In this document: positions 10,949 to 25,605 of the stretch, piece by piece
How the letters are laid out: every line of letters begins with the position of its first letter
Position numbering within the stretch: position 1 is the first letter of the stretch
Assembly (NCBI GenBank): GCA_001244265.2
Contig: CDLV01000006.1
Span: forward strand, 620,001-684,000
Direction of reading: 5' to 3'
Length of the DNA: 64,000 bases
Source: Microbotryum violaceum
Lineage: Eukaryota
Notes under the pieces: model-generated
The model's input: the letters and a program-made list of their open reading frames with translations, nothing else
Told to the model about the DNA's origin: nothing
Databases searched by the model: none
Program-made: the position numbers and the translations under genes

Positions 10949-12757
10949 TCGAATTTCAAATCCGTGGTGCATGCGCATCTCGATACGTGCACTCAAAAAC
11001 TACAAAACACGAAAAGGGTTCACAAGGGAGGCTCAATGTAGGAGTTGGATCTGGCTAGGCTAAACAGAGACCAGTCGCCTGCCACTTAGCACCGCCAGCG
11101 TAAGAGTTCCGAAGTGAAACCAATTCGAAAGCAACAGAAAAGAAAAGGGGACCTTGTCGACCGAGGTGGAGATGGCTTGAAGACCGTGTGCAGCTGGAGG
11201 TTGATGTGTAAATTAGAAGTAAGCTACCTGGTACCATATAATTAGGCTACATGCTACTCACTGATGTTTGGGGTACCGTGAACCTCCTTCGATCCGAGCA
11301 GGTGAGATCGGTCGACTCGGCGACGCAGTGGAGGCTACTGTGTGGAGAGTGTAGGCGAGGATCGAATCGTCAGCCCCGTCTCGCCCGTCGTCAAGGGCCG
11401 GCAAGCACGATCGATCCATCGATCGATCAAGGGTCAAAGCAAAAGACTCACGGGGTACGATCAAATGCAAGCGGTCTTGTGGACCAGCAACAACCTCAGT
11501 GACATGCCGTAGGCGCCATTCAACACTCGTCGACGAGTGGATAGGCTGATGGCAAGCCGTGACGCAGCGAGAGACGGCAAGGTCGGAGGCAGTGGCGAGG
11601 TGGGAAGCGAGAGATCGCAGTGAGAGGGAGAGGGGAGAGGTGGTGAAAGATGGACGCGAGACGGGTAAACACGAAACGAGTCAGTCCGACCCTACGCCAC
11701 ACGAACACGATCACAGCTAGGTGATTACTCACACTTTTGACGGTGGGAGGGATCGAACGACAGACTCTACCACATCACAAAGGCCACCGTTTCGTATCCT
11801 CCTGAAATGGGGGGCGATGTCGGCAAGATTAAGTGGTGCGAGAAGTGCAGAGCGCGTCGACGAGGAGAAGGAAGGAGAAAGAGAGAGGCGACGAGCTCGA
11901 GGTGGTTGCTGACTTGGGTGCGGGGTGTGCGCTTGGCAGAATGAGTCATCTCATCGATATGACGCCACGCTGTGACTTCAAGCTTTCGATTTTCTCCACC
12001 TCTGCCGAGCGCGGCCGAGAGCGGCCGAGAGCGGCCGAGAGCGCCGAAGATCTGAACGGACAGGGGACCGTGCACCCCACATCGAGGCCAACCTTCCACC
12101 CCTCGGAAAGACCGAATACCTTGTCGATCAAGCTCGGTCAAGTCTCAGCAAGTAGGTTGATCTCTAGGGATCACCCCAGAGTTGAGATCGCCGCGATCGA
12201 GACCGCGGTTGTCGCTCCAGCAGCTTGGTCCGAGTTGGGACGACCCCGAACTCCGAGTCCGTCGCGGAGCTGGATTGCGGGACCGGCTTCACGCGAAAGC
12301 TCCGACGCAGCGAGAGGCTGTCATGCAAATAGGGTGCCACCCAAATACAAATTCATATTGAAAGAAGAGAAGAAGATTTTTTTATAGGAATGGGTAAACA
12401 GCCCCGAATGGGAGGCCCAGTGGTTTGCGTTTTGCGAAGCGACGATCCATGGCATTTCTTTCGTCACAGCCCCACCCCGGTCAGATGCTCCTGGCAGCGA
12501 CTCCGACCCAGCTGCACGCGGTCTTCAAGCCATCTCCACCTCGGTCGACAAGGTCCCCCTTTCTTTTTCTGTTGCTTTCGAATTGGTTTCACCTCGGAAC
12601 TCTTACGCTGGCGGTGCTAAGTGGCAGGCGACTTGCCCTTGTTTAGCCTAGCCAGATCCAACTCCTACATTGAGCCACCCTCGTGAACCCTTTTCGTGTT
12701 TTGTAGTTTTTGAGTGCACGTATCGAGATGCGCATGCACCACGGATTTGAAATTCGA
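10949..12757. mobile_element. Fold-back / long-inverted-repeat element (arms 10949-11197 and 12508-12757)
   Basis: The arms are reverse complements over ~250 bp with about 10 differences, and the outer ~75 bp are identical. No recognisable transposase in the 1.3-kb spacer and no TSD found. Confidence 0.75.
12004..12047 (+). repeat. (GCGGCCGAGA)3 plus partial units
   Basis: Direct 10-mer tandem repeat inside the fold-back spacer. Confidence 0.9.
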
Positions 12758-12833
12758 GTGTCTTATATTACAACGCTCTTGCGCGCTTTCAGGTGACTCG
12801 ACCAGGTGTACGCAATGGCAAAGTGTGCTATGT

Positions 12834-14439
<1,606 letters not shown>

Positions 14440-15048
14440 CCTTGATGTTGATGTCGTGTGTTTGCGCGTCGTGGCCGGAAGGTAGACCGGGTCTAGCCGC
14501 GAGTGCCAAGGTGGGGGACGAAAACGGTTTTATTAGATGACCAAGATACATAGCTAGATCGAGGCCTATTCTTCTCTGAAAAATCGGAGGAGGTGCATTT
14601 TAAAAAAACAAGTCGGCAACAATTGATCATGGGCTACGTGGCCGATCGGCGCTTTCGCAAGCCGAAAGCCCACGGCGTGCGGGCTCGAGACGCTTGCCGG
14701 CAGCCTACTATTGTGTTTGGAGATGATGCTCTTTATCTGGGATCAGCTAATTTACGGGTAGGCTTCAATCAAAAAAACAAAGCCTGAAAACCCAACCTAA
14801 TCACTTTTGCAACGAGGCGGAGCCAGTATGCGTCGGCGAGACATTGCGCCGCGGGTGCAACGGCGGATCAGATCGATCAGAGTTGGCGACGGGTCCACGA
14901 CGAGCTGCGTCACGTGCCCTCGCCCTCCGCTGTGTGGCCGGCGCGCAGGCCGGCGATGTCAAGCGCAGGCAGCCGCTAGCCTCAGGTCGACGGAGCTCGT
15001 CCCACTTCAAGTCCACCTCGCTCGCCGTCTAGACCCGTACACAGCATC

Positions 15049-15825
15049 ATGCCACAAACTTTGAATGTAGATGGGGTCCCTGGATTACCCTCAGTATGTG
15101 AGTCGATTTCGCAGCTGCTTGTGAAGCTGTACTCGGAGCCATGCTGAACCTCGACTCTGCGAGTTCATAAGTCTGTGAGTGATCGGCAGCTCTCTCACCA
15201 GTTCCGATGACAAGTCGTAGGGCACAGAGGTGACCAGGCCGTCCGACCTCACAGCACATGGTCTCAAACTCCCTGCCACCGCGCAATTGGTGTATTGTTC
15301 CGGCCAAATCCACTCGGAAAACGGACCGGGAGGAATGGTCGTCATCCAGGGACCGACGGCTGATAAGACGGTGAGGCACGAGAGGGGTGTTTGTGCTCAG
15401 GGCCGTTGGCTCATTCGAGTCATGTATCTCCTCCAGGGAATGATCATTTGTAATTTGGAGAAGGTGTTGAAGGCGGGGGGATCGTCCCTTAACCAGGTCA
15501 GTCTTGACGCCCGTTTCGGTCTCCCCCACAACCCCACTTCAGTACTGACCCCCGCTCCGAATTTTCTCGCCCTCCGGCTCGTCAAAGTGTAGGTCTAGGA
15601 TCTCAGAAATCCTTTACCTGAGCTCACAAAGATACCAATTTTCCCCTCTACACTGCGCACCACAGCAACATCTACATCACCTCGTTCGACTTTTTCGGCG
15701 AGATGAACGAAAGGTACAACGAATTGATCCCGAGTCCCAAGCCGCCGCGTACGTGCGTGTGCGTCAAGGATCTGCCTTTCGGGGCTCAGATCGAGATTGA
15801 ATGTATCGGGTGGACCGAGGATTGA
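15049..15825 (+). CDS. RidA/YjgF/YER057c (Mmf1/Hmf1-like) enamine deaminase
   Basis: Spliced product has VYCSGQI, NLEKVLKAGGSSL, VKVNIYI, FGEMNERY, PPRTCVCV (catalytic Arg) and LPFGAQIEIECI; stop at 15823-15825. Confidence 0.92.
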
Positions 15826-16372
15826 GGGAGGTGAACTGGGCCGGAGGAGAAACGGAGTCGGTCAAGGAAAGGTTTTGATCTGTGCGTCGGGTATAGGTGG
15901 AAGCTGATTATAGTAAATTATACATGGAAAGGATCTATAACATCAAAGGTTTAAAGAAAAGGGCCATAGCTCAAGCCGACTGAACAAACTTGGACGTGAC
16001 ATGGTCGAGCAGAGAGGGTCGTCCCCGAACTCGGACCCAGCCCTTGCTTGACTTGTGGTCTGAGTGCCATTCGATTGATCGGCCGAGCGCAGCAACGACG
16101 GAGGAGTGTGTCGTCAGGTTACCCATACCCGCCCTGATCAGATCGACGAGATGGTTAAGCGCAACTCAGGTCAGTGATGCAGGAGACAGGAATGCCGTCG
16201 TCGTCGCGTGTTCGCTCGTTCATCTGCTTGCTGTCCCCGGTCGACCGTCGCAGCTCAACGCCATTACTTGATCGGCAACGGGCTCGCCCCGGATACTCAA
16301 CAAGCGTCGACGTCGCGTCTTGGCGCGTACTCTATTCCCCACCCACGTTCGACCTCGTCGACTCTGACGCCA

Positions 16373-18578
16373 ATGCCCTCGAGTGATATCGTCGGACTCG
16401 GTGTGGCTGGGGGTGCGGTCGTCGCCGACGCGGCGCTGCAGCTGCTGGCTGGAGGCGCGACGAGCAGCCATTCACGCGTCGCAGCTAAGCGTCGACGCAC
16501 CAACGGTCAGGCCGGTCAGGGCTCTCATCGATTCTCGCGACACCCCTCCGACAGTCTGCACCAAGACGACGACGGCCAGGACGATGGAGCCTCCTTTTCG
16601 CCTTCCTCATCCCTTTCGTTACGATCCTTAGCTACTACCCATGCGCTCAAATCATCGCACGTGCAGAGCTTGGCGCACCTCCCCGCCGATATTCTGTTGA
16701 GGATCGCCGACCTGCTTCAACCGATCCTGTCCCCTTTTCGAGCCGACGGCGACACCGACGGGCTGACTGTCTCGGGCGATGGCGATGGTGGTCCTTCACT
16801 CTCTTCGCAATGGATCGATCCGGGCACCGACGTCATCAATCTCCGATCGACATGTAGGGCCATCTACTTGGCCGTCGAACCTTTGCGAGGCACCGTATCT
16901 GGTGTCCGGCTACAACAGGGAGAACACCCCGGCGGCGTGCGAGTCCTTACCAATTTTCCCCTAGGCAAGGGAGCGATCGATCCAAGTGGCGATGGAAGCG
17001 AGCTCTTGATAGCTCGCACACGGCATCTGTGGATTCACTCGACTTTGCCAAGAAATGCCACGGACTCGAGCATATTCGCCGCTTCTACGATCTGTGCTTT
17101 GATCGAGGGGATGCCCCGACTGCGCACCTTTGCGCTCGTCCAAGCGACGGAGGACGAGGTCGTCTTTGGCTCGCCCTATACGGCCTTGCCACTCCATCGC
17201 AATATCTTCTACTCGCTCTCTCGGCTGGAGCGATTGCACTCGCTTTACTTCTGCGGTGTCAAGTTACAAGCCCGCGCGCCCGTCTTCCCGCACGTGACCA
17301 CACTGGTCTTGAACGCATGTCATGACTGCCCACTCGAATTGATCTCGACATGCCCCAAGTTGGAAATCGTCAAGGCGTGGAGAGATTTTGCTTCGAGAGC
17401 GCAATTGGAGATGGCGGGCAAGTGGTGGCCTGAACAGAGGTGGATGACGGTCAAGCATGCGGAACTTAGGGGTTTTAGTGGAGTGACGGGAAGTGCGTTC
17501 CGGCTTAGTTGGCTGCGGAACCTCATGGTACGTAGGGTTAAATTTCCACTTCCCGTATGCGGCTTAACATCATACACGTCGTTACCAACAACCCCTACAC
17601 AGACCCTTCGAGCCCTCTCCACCCCACCCGTGATCCCCCTCATCTCCCTCCGCCTCTGCGAAGCCTACGACTACACCGACCTGTGCCATCTCATCTTACC
17701 CGCCATAGCCCATCTGCCCCACCTCACTTCCTTCACCTGTATGGTCTGGAAGGATCGAAATTTCAGTCCGACGCTTTTGGGCAGGATCGCGGGGGACTTG
17801 CCGAATTTGGTGCATTTGGGTTTGTTGTTGGAGAATGAGGGTACGAATTGGTGGCCCGGGGATATGGTCAGTGTTTTGATCACTTTTTTTTCATTGTGGT
17901 GTGACCCGATGGGGAGCTGAGATTACTGTTTTGGTAATTTCATAGGGAAATTACGGGCACGAACTGATGCGCTTCAAGAAACTCGAAACCTTTACTTGGA
18001 ACTTTACTGCCGTCAGTCGTGAAAGATCATCATCACGCACTCTCTCTCTTACTCCTCTAAGCGGCCCCCTTACTGAATGAACCTCCTTCTTCTCCTTCCA
18101 TGTACTTCAGTACGTCGGCCTCGACTGGGCCGCCACGAGGGAAACCAGTCTTTCCGTCATACAGTCCCTCCTTTGCCACGTAGGACCCAAGTTCAAAAGC
18201 CTTCACTGGCTCCAACAATCCGAGTACGTCCTGCGATCGTCGAGAACGAGCAAATGGGTTTGGTCCGATGATGTGATTGAAAGGAGGTTGTTGGAGGAGG
18301 GTGGGATTCTGGACGATGTTGATGCGGTGGGGCATGGGGGGAATAGCAGGGACGGCAAGGAGAATAGGGTCGATGATGGGACGGCCGGGGTCGGGGTCGG
18401 GGTGCCGAAACGAAAGAGAGGGATCGGAGGAACGGCGAGGAAGAAGTTGTTCGATGTTGCGAGTAAGGGCATTGTAGGAGGTGGGGGTGGGCGAAGGAGA
18501 GCTCCGAGTCAGTGGGCTTTAGGGATCGATTGGGAGCAGGACGAAGAGGGGAGTTCGGATGCGGACCCGGATTCGTGA
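16373..18578 (+). CDS. F-box-like / LRR (RNI-like) protein
   Basis: SLAHLPADILLRIADLL F-box-like motif; repeated LxxLxL segments (MPRLRTFAL, LERLHSLYF, LPNLVHLGL); several introns. Start codon uncertain. Confidence 0.65.
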
Positions 18579-18895
18579 GAAGTGGGAGGGGAGATGCGAG
18601 GGAGGGGGGGGGGGAGAGGTGTTTGAGCTGTGCCCCTTCTTTCTCGTGCTACTCGACGACGGCGAAGATCTTGAGTTTTCTTTGATTTTTTGGTTTTGGT
18701 TTGAGGCTTGGGTAATATTTTTGGGTCGACAAGGGGGGGGGGGGGGGGCCTTTGCGATAGTGTTGGTGTGATTTTATTATTATCAGAAGCTTGTTTGTGA
18801 TGTGATTACGAGATGGGAGAGAAGGATTGTTGCTGAGAGGCATAGTCCGAGCTGACGCCATGTCAGACTCATTCACCCACATCGCGCGTGAATGA

Positions 18896-18959
18896 TCTCG
18901 GCTCTGCTCTCGGCTCTGCTCTCGGCTCTGCTCTCGGCTCTGCTCTCGGCTCTGCTCTC
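18896..18959 (+). repeat. (TCTCGGCTCTGC)5 promoter-proximal tandem array
   Basis: Five 12-bp units ending ~32 bp upstream of ATG 18992. Confidence 0.95.
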
Positions 18960-18991
18960 TCCCTGCCTTCCCCCACATCCCATCCACCACC

Positions 18992-20744
18992 ATGAACCCC
19001 CCTCATCTCCCTTCCCAACCCCAACCCCAACCTCAAACCCAAGCACAAACCCCACCACCGAACACAGCAGCAGCTACCAACACGTTCGCCTCCGACCCCC
19101 GCGTCCACTTCTCGCTCGCCGATCAGAAATGGGTCTTTGAAGCCGACGACGGCAGTGAGATGGAGTGGGATGCAGTCAGGGGGGCTTGGGTACCTAGGGT
19201 GAGTGCTCTGCACAAGAGTGAAGGGAGAGATAGCTGATCGTTGTTTATTGTTTGGGATTGGTCGTCATTCGGTCCTCGGTCCTAGTTGGGCGAGGAGGAG
19301 GTCGCACAACAACAGGCGGCGTATGCGGTCCACGGCGTTGATGAATCCGTGAGTTGCTCGCTGCATCGCTCAGGCTTCACACCAACTCACCATCCGGGTG
19401 CCACCGATCGCCATAGGTCCCCGCGGCCCCGTGTTGGCTCGTCAGAACGGCAAGAAGCGTAAAGCGGACCAAGTCACGCCGCAGCAAACCAGCACGGAGA
19501 TGAACTACAACGACGACGACAACAACAGCAGCAGCAGTAGCAGCATCGCCTCAACTTCGAATCTGTCCGGTCCAGCTGCCCAGAACAAACCCAACAAGAA
19601 GGCCAGACCACCCAAAGCCAACACGGCCATCTTCGTGTCGCACCTCCCAGCTACGGCGACGATCCCGCTCCTGCAGACCGTCTTCTCCAAAGCCGGCCTC
19701 ATCCTCGAAGACGTTGACGGAAACCCTCGGATCAAGCTCTACGACGACGAAACGACGGGTCTGTTCAAAGGCGAGGCCTTGATCGTGTACCTCCAAGCGG
19801 CGAGCGTCGATCTGGCGATCCGGTTGTTGGATGAGACCGAGTTGGAATTGGGCAAGGGTCAGCAGGTGATGAAAGTCTCGGAAGCGCAGGCTTGGAGGAA
19901 GAAATCGGGTACGGCAGGGGAAGGGGTTGCGGATGACAAGGGGAATGCAGAGGGGAAGCAGAAGCCGAAGAGGACCGAGTTGGAGAAGAAAAAATTGAGC
20001 AAGAGGGCTGAGAAATTGAATCAGTCAGTCTTCCTTCCGGTGCGCACTCGGATCTGCCTTGCAATTCCTCAACCGACGTCATTCTCACCACAGGCGACTG
20101 ACCGAATGGTCCTCCGACGAAGACGACAACTCAGCCGCCATCGTTGCACGAGCCCGATCAAACAAAGTCGTCGTCCTTCAGGGCATGTTCACCCTCAAAG
20201 AACTCGAGGAAGATCCGACGCTCTTGCTTGAGCTCAAGGAAGACGTCAGGGATGAATGCGAGACGATGGGTACGGTTACAAATGTCACGCTTTATGATGT
20301 ACGTATGGCTCGCATCTCATCGGACTGTAGCGTTGCGACCAAGGACTCAAGCCGATGTTGGCATTCACAGCAAGAGGAAGAAGGCATCATCACCATCCGC
20401 TTCAAGGACGAAGTGTCAGCCCAGGCTTGTATCGCCGTAAGTCTGCTCCCTTCTTCATCACCTTTCAAAAAACCATACCAAGAAAACCTACCCCTGCCCT
20501 CTCCCCCTCCGCTTCTCAGAAAATGAATGGCCGTTTCTTCGGTGGTCGATCCATCGTCGCATCCGTATTGGACCCTAAACAGAAGTACCGCCGTACAGGC
20601 CAAGGCGTCAGTTTGGAAGGTACGGGATTGGATCTGGAAGCGGACGAGGAGGCAAGCAAGGCCGAGAAGGAGAGGTTGGCGAGGTACGCGGAATGGTTGG
20701 AGAAAGGCGGCGATGAGGAGGGTGGCGCGGAGAAGGCTTCGTAA
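18992..20744 (+). CDS. Tat-SF1/HTATSF1 (Cus2/Uap2-like) U2-associated splicing factor
   Basis: RRM (NTAIFVSHLP, IKLY, FKGEALIVYL), then a UHM (KVVVLQGMFTLKELEEDPTLLLELKEDVRDECE, MNGRFFGGR) and an ERLARYAEWLE tail. Confidence 0.92.
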
Positions 20745-21053
20745 AGGAATTATGGGGAACAACGATGTGCATGCGATTTGCAATAGATTGAGGCTTTGAT
20801 ACGCAGAATACATGAAAGGAGATCACAAAAACACACACACTGCTCCACTAGGAACGGGAGAAAGCCGATCGACAGCGAATAGGAGGTGACGAGTAGACAG
20901 ATTGATGATGCAGAATTCATTCGAGCTTGGATGCAGACGCACAAGGGCGAAGTCGGATGTTGATACATGCAGCTGCTCGTAGAGGCTTGAAAAAAACCAA
21001 AGATAATTTGCTTCGTGCGAATGGACGCTAAAGAGCGATTGTGACCCAAATCA

Positions 21054-24000
21054 CTATGACACGATCGACTCGCGCAACTCGCGCGACGGAGTCGAACACC
21101 CCGAACCCCCACCCGCCGCGTTTCCCTTGACCCTACACTCACGCGAACAATACGTGCTCCCACTTCTCGAAGTCGGGTAGTTCAATCCTTTATTGCCACA
21201 CGTCGCGCAGACCGTTCGGACGCCGACGCGAGAGCGTCGTTCGAGTTCGAGGAGGAGTGGATCCATTTGATCGTTTCCACCTCCTAGATTGGGAGAGGAG
21301 AAGGAACGATGTTCGAGACGACCGAATTCAGGAGCGACGAGAGCGGAAGGGGGTACAATTCCTCCGTGTTCGGGTAAAGGGGGTTTGCCATTCGCGGACA
21401 CCTTGCGAGAATGCATTCGGGGGCGAGAGGTAGGGTAGTCGTCGCATGCGGAGGTGACATCGACGAAGGAACGATTCGCTGCACCGGGGGCTTTGGCTCG
21501 TTGGAACGCATTGTCGATCTTCTTCGAGCTAATCTTGGATTCGTGCACCTTCGATTCGGGCTCGGGGTCGGCTTCTTCACGCTCTATGACCTCTTCATGT
21601 ACAGCGACCGCACTCGAGCGTTCGTAGATGTGCGATGACCCAACGACGATGTCATCGATGTCACTGTCGAGGACAAGCGTCGCCCCTTCTCCTTCCTCCC
21701 CATCTTCTTGTCCATCCGCGTTCTTATACTCGGTCTCTTCAGCCTCTTCCTCGAGTAGTCCCCAGTACGTCAACGCAGGTGCGCTATCGTCGTCCTTTTG
21801 CAACACGTGCCTGAGCGCATCCACAGCCGAGTTACCATAAACCTCGTGACCATGATGCAGCGAGCCGAGGAAGCGACTAGAATGGGTTTTGAAGCTCGAC
21901 CAATTCCATTGTCTCGAAATCACCGAAACTCGAGCATCATCCACATCCGTTGACTGTCGATAGGGCAAGCTAAAGCTCGCCTGCACGCCATGAGTATTGA
22001 TCGCAGGCAGCTCGACGGCTCGACCTTTGCCTTTCCGAGTCATCGAACCGAAGTCGGGCGGAAGAGTGCAGATACTCGCGCTGGAACCGACGCGAGCCAA
22101 CAAGCGACTGGTCGCATTCAATGCCGGTAACGAGATGTTCGAAGCGAAGCTGGCTGCTCCCGCAGAGACGATCCGACGACGACGTCGGGGAGTCGCACCT
22201 TCGTTCGTGAGCCCTTTCGACCCAGAGGTACGATGGTCGGCTATCGATTCCGAGTGCGACGTATGCGCCGAAGTCGCTGACGAAGGCGAAGGAGCCTCGG
22301 AAAAGTAGGACTCGGGTTCGGTTGTCGTCAGCGTCGTTGAAAGACTGGGCCTCGGCGAACTGCACGCCACGCTGGAAGCTTGCTGTCCGAGCGTGTCCTC
22401 GTCGTGCTGTTTGGGTGACGAATCGGGAGTATCAGGAGGCGAGGGATAATCCGTAGGAAGGTCGGGCGCGAAAAGGAACTTGCTCGGTCGAGGTGTGCGT
22501 CCACCACCGACCGAGGTCGACATGGGGAAGCTGGCGCTCGAGCCAAACCTCGACAGTGTCCAGGAAGGACCACCATACGAGCTCGACAGAACCGGACTAC
22601 TCGAGCCATTCGATTGCTTTCGTGTCGGAACACCCTTAATCGTGATGGCCGACGATACGCTCGATCGCTCCCCTTCCGCCTGCTGAGCCTGCGCCTCCGC
22701 TTGCGCGGCCGCCTCGACTTCCATGCGCATGTCCAAGACGGCATCGCCCGAGGTCTGTCGAGTCGATCCACATGCACTCGTAGCCGTAGACTTGGAAACC
22801 TCGCCCTCCCCCGCGCCGGCCTTGCTGATACTACCTCTACCTCTTCCGCGCTTCTTGGCCTTGGCCAAATGCCAAGCCTCGTCTGGTCCCTCGGTGCGAT
22901 GGATCCCAGCTAATCGTCGTCTCGCTCGCTCCACCACTTCTTCACCCTCCTTGATCCCGACGCCTCCGTGCAAATTCGAGCCGAGGTTAACAATCTCTTG
23001 CCAATACGATTCTGCTCGGGCCTTGTCCGTGACCCAAGTCTGCAACGCCAAGAGGTAGAGCAGGTGCACGGTGATGGTCAAGCGCAGCTTGGCCTTGAGA
23101 GAGAGATGAGGGTGGGCCACTGCAGGCGGCAGCACCGTCGAAGGGTGATTGTAGGACCGAGCAACGGAGCGCGATCGAGCGAGTTGGGGAGGCTTCGATG
23201 TATCGACCACCTTTGTTTGCGAAGAAACGGACGGTGTCGCGATGGCGGGGTGGGCGAGCGCACGTTGCGCTATGGTCGCGCCTTGGGACCATAGATCCTT
23301 CGCCGATCCCGGAACGGATACGTCGTAGTACATGGGCGGGCAAACGACGCCAAATCGATAGCTGTCGGTGAGCTGGTAGCCCGTTCGAAAACTGCATCAG
23401 TGCTCCATCGACCAGACAGTGCTCCAAGCGACGGCACTCACTCCAACCGAAAGATCGAGCGATCGTTCCAAACTGAAGTATTTGCCCTCCGCAGACTCAT
23501 CTTCGGACACACTGTCAGTTCCAGTGGTTCTCTTCACTTTGCTCCCCGACGCAGGTTGGACAGGCTTGTTGAGCTCGATCTCGAGTCCCGAGAGGAAGAG
23601 TTGGGCAGCGGCGAGCGCATCGGCATTGTGGGTGGTAGGCGGCGTGTGGGAGAGCGCTCGTGAGGACAGTTTCGGTCTCGCGTGGGAAGCGTGGTGGGTG
23701 GTGTGAGCATGGTGTTCTTGGTGGTGATGATGGTGATGAGAGTGGGAGTGCGGTAGGGATGTCTTGAAGAAGGAGCTTCCCGAGACAGCGGGCGGAGAGG
23801 CGACGGGCGAGCGAGAACTCGACGGGTGATGGGGGTGCGAGTGCGGCTGGTGTTCAGTCCTGAGGCCTCGAGCCAGCAGTCTACGGCAGCGATGAGCGCA
23901 TAGGTCAGCTTTGGTTTCGGGAGACGCAAAACCTTCCAACTCACGTTCCAAGGGTAGCGCAAGCGGCCGACGACGATTGCTTGACAGCGAGCTGCAACTT

Positions 24001-25013
24001 TGCTACGGCTTGGGAATGTCGATGTCCAATAATGTCCATCTGTGTTCGATAGTCTTCGAGTCAGTATTTCAAGTCCATCACGATGTTAAGCTCGTCTGTG
24101 AATTTATATCGCCCGCCCCGCGGCAAAGTTATTTTCAAGTGGGCACCGGTCGAGGGAACCTTCTCGCCCTAACGCGGTTGGTCCATCGCGCTAGTAGTGC
24201 AATGCGGTCGCGGGTCATCATGGGCAATTGTGAGATCTGCCTCGCGAGCGTGCCGAGACCCGAGATCCCAGAATTTGTAAGACCCCACTGAGTGCTGTGC
24301 CCCTCACGCGTTCCCCGATACGGATGTCCCAGAGCAAACAACCCCAAGCGGGGCCCCAGCTATCTGCGTTGGAGATGCTCCTATCGTCGAGCTGAGGGGC
24401 GTCGCCGAGCCGAGCTGAAGCAATGAGCCGCGTTCGCGCCACGCCCTGAGGCTGGTTAGTCTGTCCCCGGTCGCTCGTCAGATGAGCCAAAGTAGCCAGA
24501 GTAGGTGCCGCGATGATGATAACCTGCACCACCGCAGTCCGTCGTCGATACAAACCCAGCAGCATGTGCACACTGCGTTGAAAGGCCCATCGATGCGCAC
24601 GTGCGCGCCCGTCGTCGTCGCCGAATCGTCGTCGGGCGGACCAACACGGCTTGACCGAAACTCAGACAGCCTAACTGCCGTCACCGATGCGCGAACACCG
24701 AACACCGAACGCATGAACTGACCTGAGCACCCCATAATAAATCCTCGACATCTGGTTCGTCATCGTCATCGTCGTCCTCGTCGTCGTCGTCCTCGTTGTC
24801 ACCCCTCCGAACGTCGACCTTGGCCGGCGACGTCAGATCGCGCTTACTGCCAGCCCGGTGCGAGGTCGTGCGCGAGGCTAGTCCGGCCGAGTCGGCATCT
24901 GCCGCTGCTGCTGTTGCCAGAGCTTGCTGTCCCGTCGAGGCGTGTTCGTTTGTGGTTGGATTGTGGTTGTGGTCGTGGTCGTGGTCGTCTTCGTGACGAG
25001 TGAAAAGACCCAT
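21054..25013 (-). CDS. Hypothetical protein: Ser-rich disordered body with C-terminal Cys (MYND/TRASH-like) finger
   Basis: 759-aa terminal exon ending CATCGNKGLNYPTSRSGSTYCSRECR. Upstream exons include a His-rich tract and EPDVEDLLWGAQ. The 5' exon structure is uncertain. Confidence 0.6.
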
Positions 25014-25605
25014 TCGATGGTGGAATAGGCTAGTTCCACTTTCCTCTCCCCTGACTGGCTTGCGGTATCGAAGCGTGGTTGGAAACAGAGAGTTGAAACC
25101 GCCCACTGGTCGATCACGTTCGCCCTGGCAGGAAGCGCAAGGAAGCGCCGAGCCCGTTCGTGCCCACGCGCCGGGCCTCAAGCTTCGATAGGAAATCTTG
25201 CTCCAAGATACGAGATTAAGCGCGCAAAGTTCGACAGCGCTCGGCTCGGCCTTTCCACATCTGATCTTCTACCACATGAGGAGATGTGCGAGGCAGCTTG
25301 CAATGGCAATCTTTCCCTATCCATTCTTTACGTCAAGAGATCTCGCGTAATGAACTCTTGCCGCAGACTCTACCCATGCTTCCGAAAGGCGGAGTTCAGA
25401 GATCAACCGAAAACCCACGCGATCGGAACAAACGAGCGATTCAGGGGTGGAGCAGCCTCGGCCTGATGTGTCAGAAACCCTGACAAAATGACATCAAGGA
25501 GCCAAACAGGACGCGTGTACATCTAGGAGGCTCGTAAGCTCTTAGCATTGAATATCACCAGCCGACCGCAGTACGATAATCCCTCACATTTCTAGCCCCA
25601 CATGG

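Noticed and set aside
5134..11087. Identical peptide KWQATGL in the lyase-like gene and in a minus-strand ORF of the left inverted arm
   Set aside because: No flanking similarity, the right arm reads KWQATCP, and a 7-aa match is expected by chance across six frames of 64 kb.
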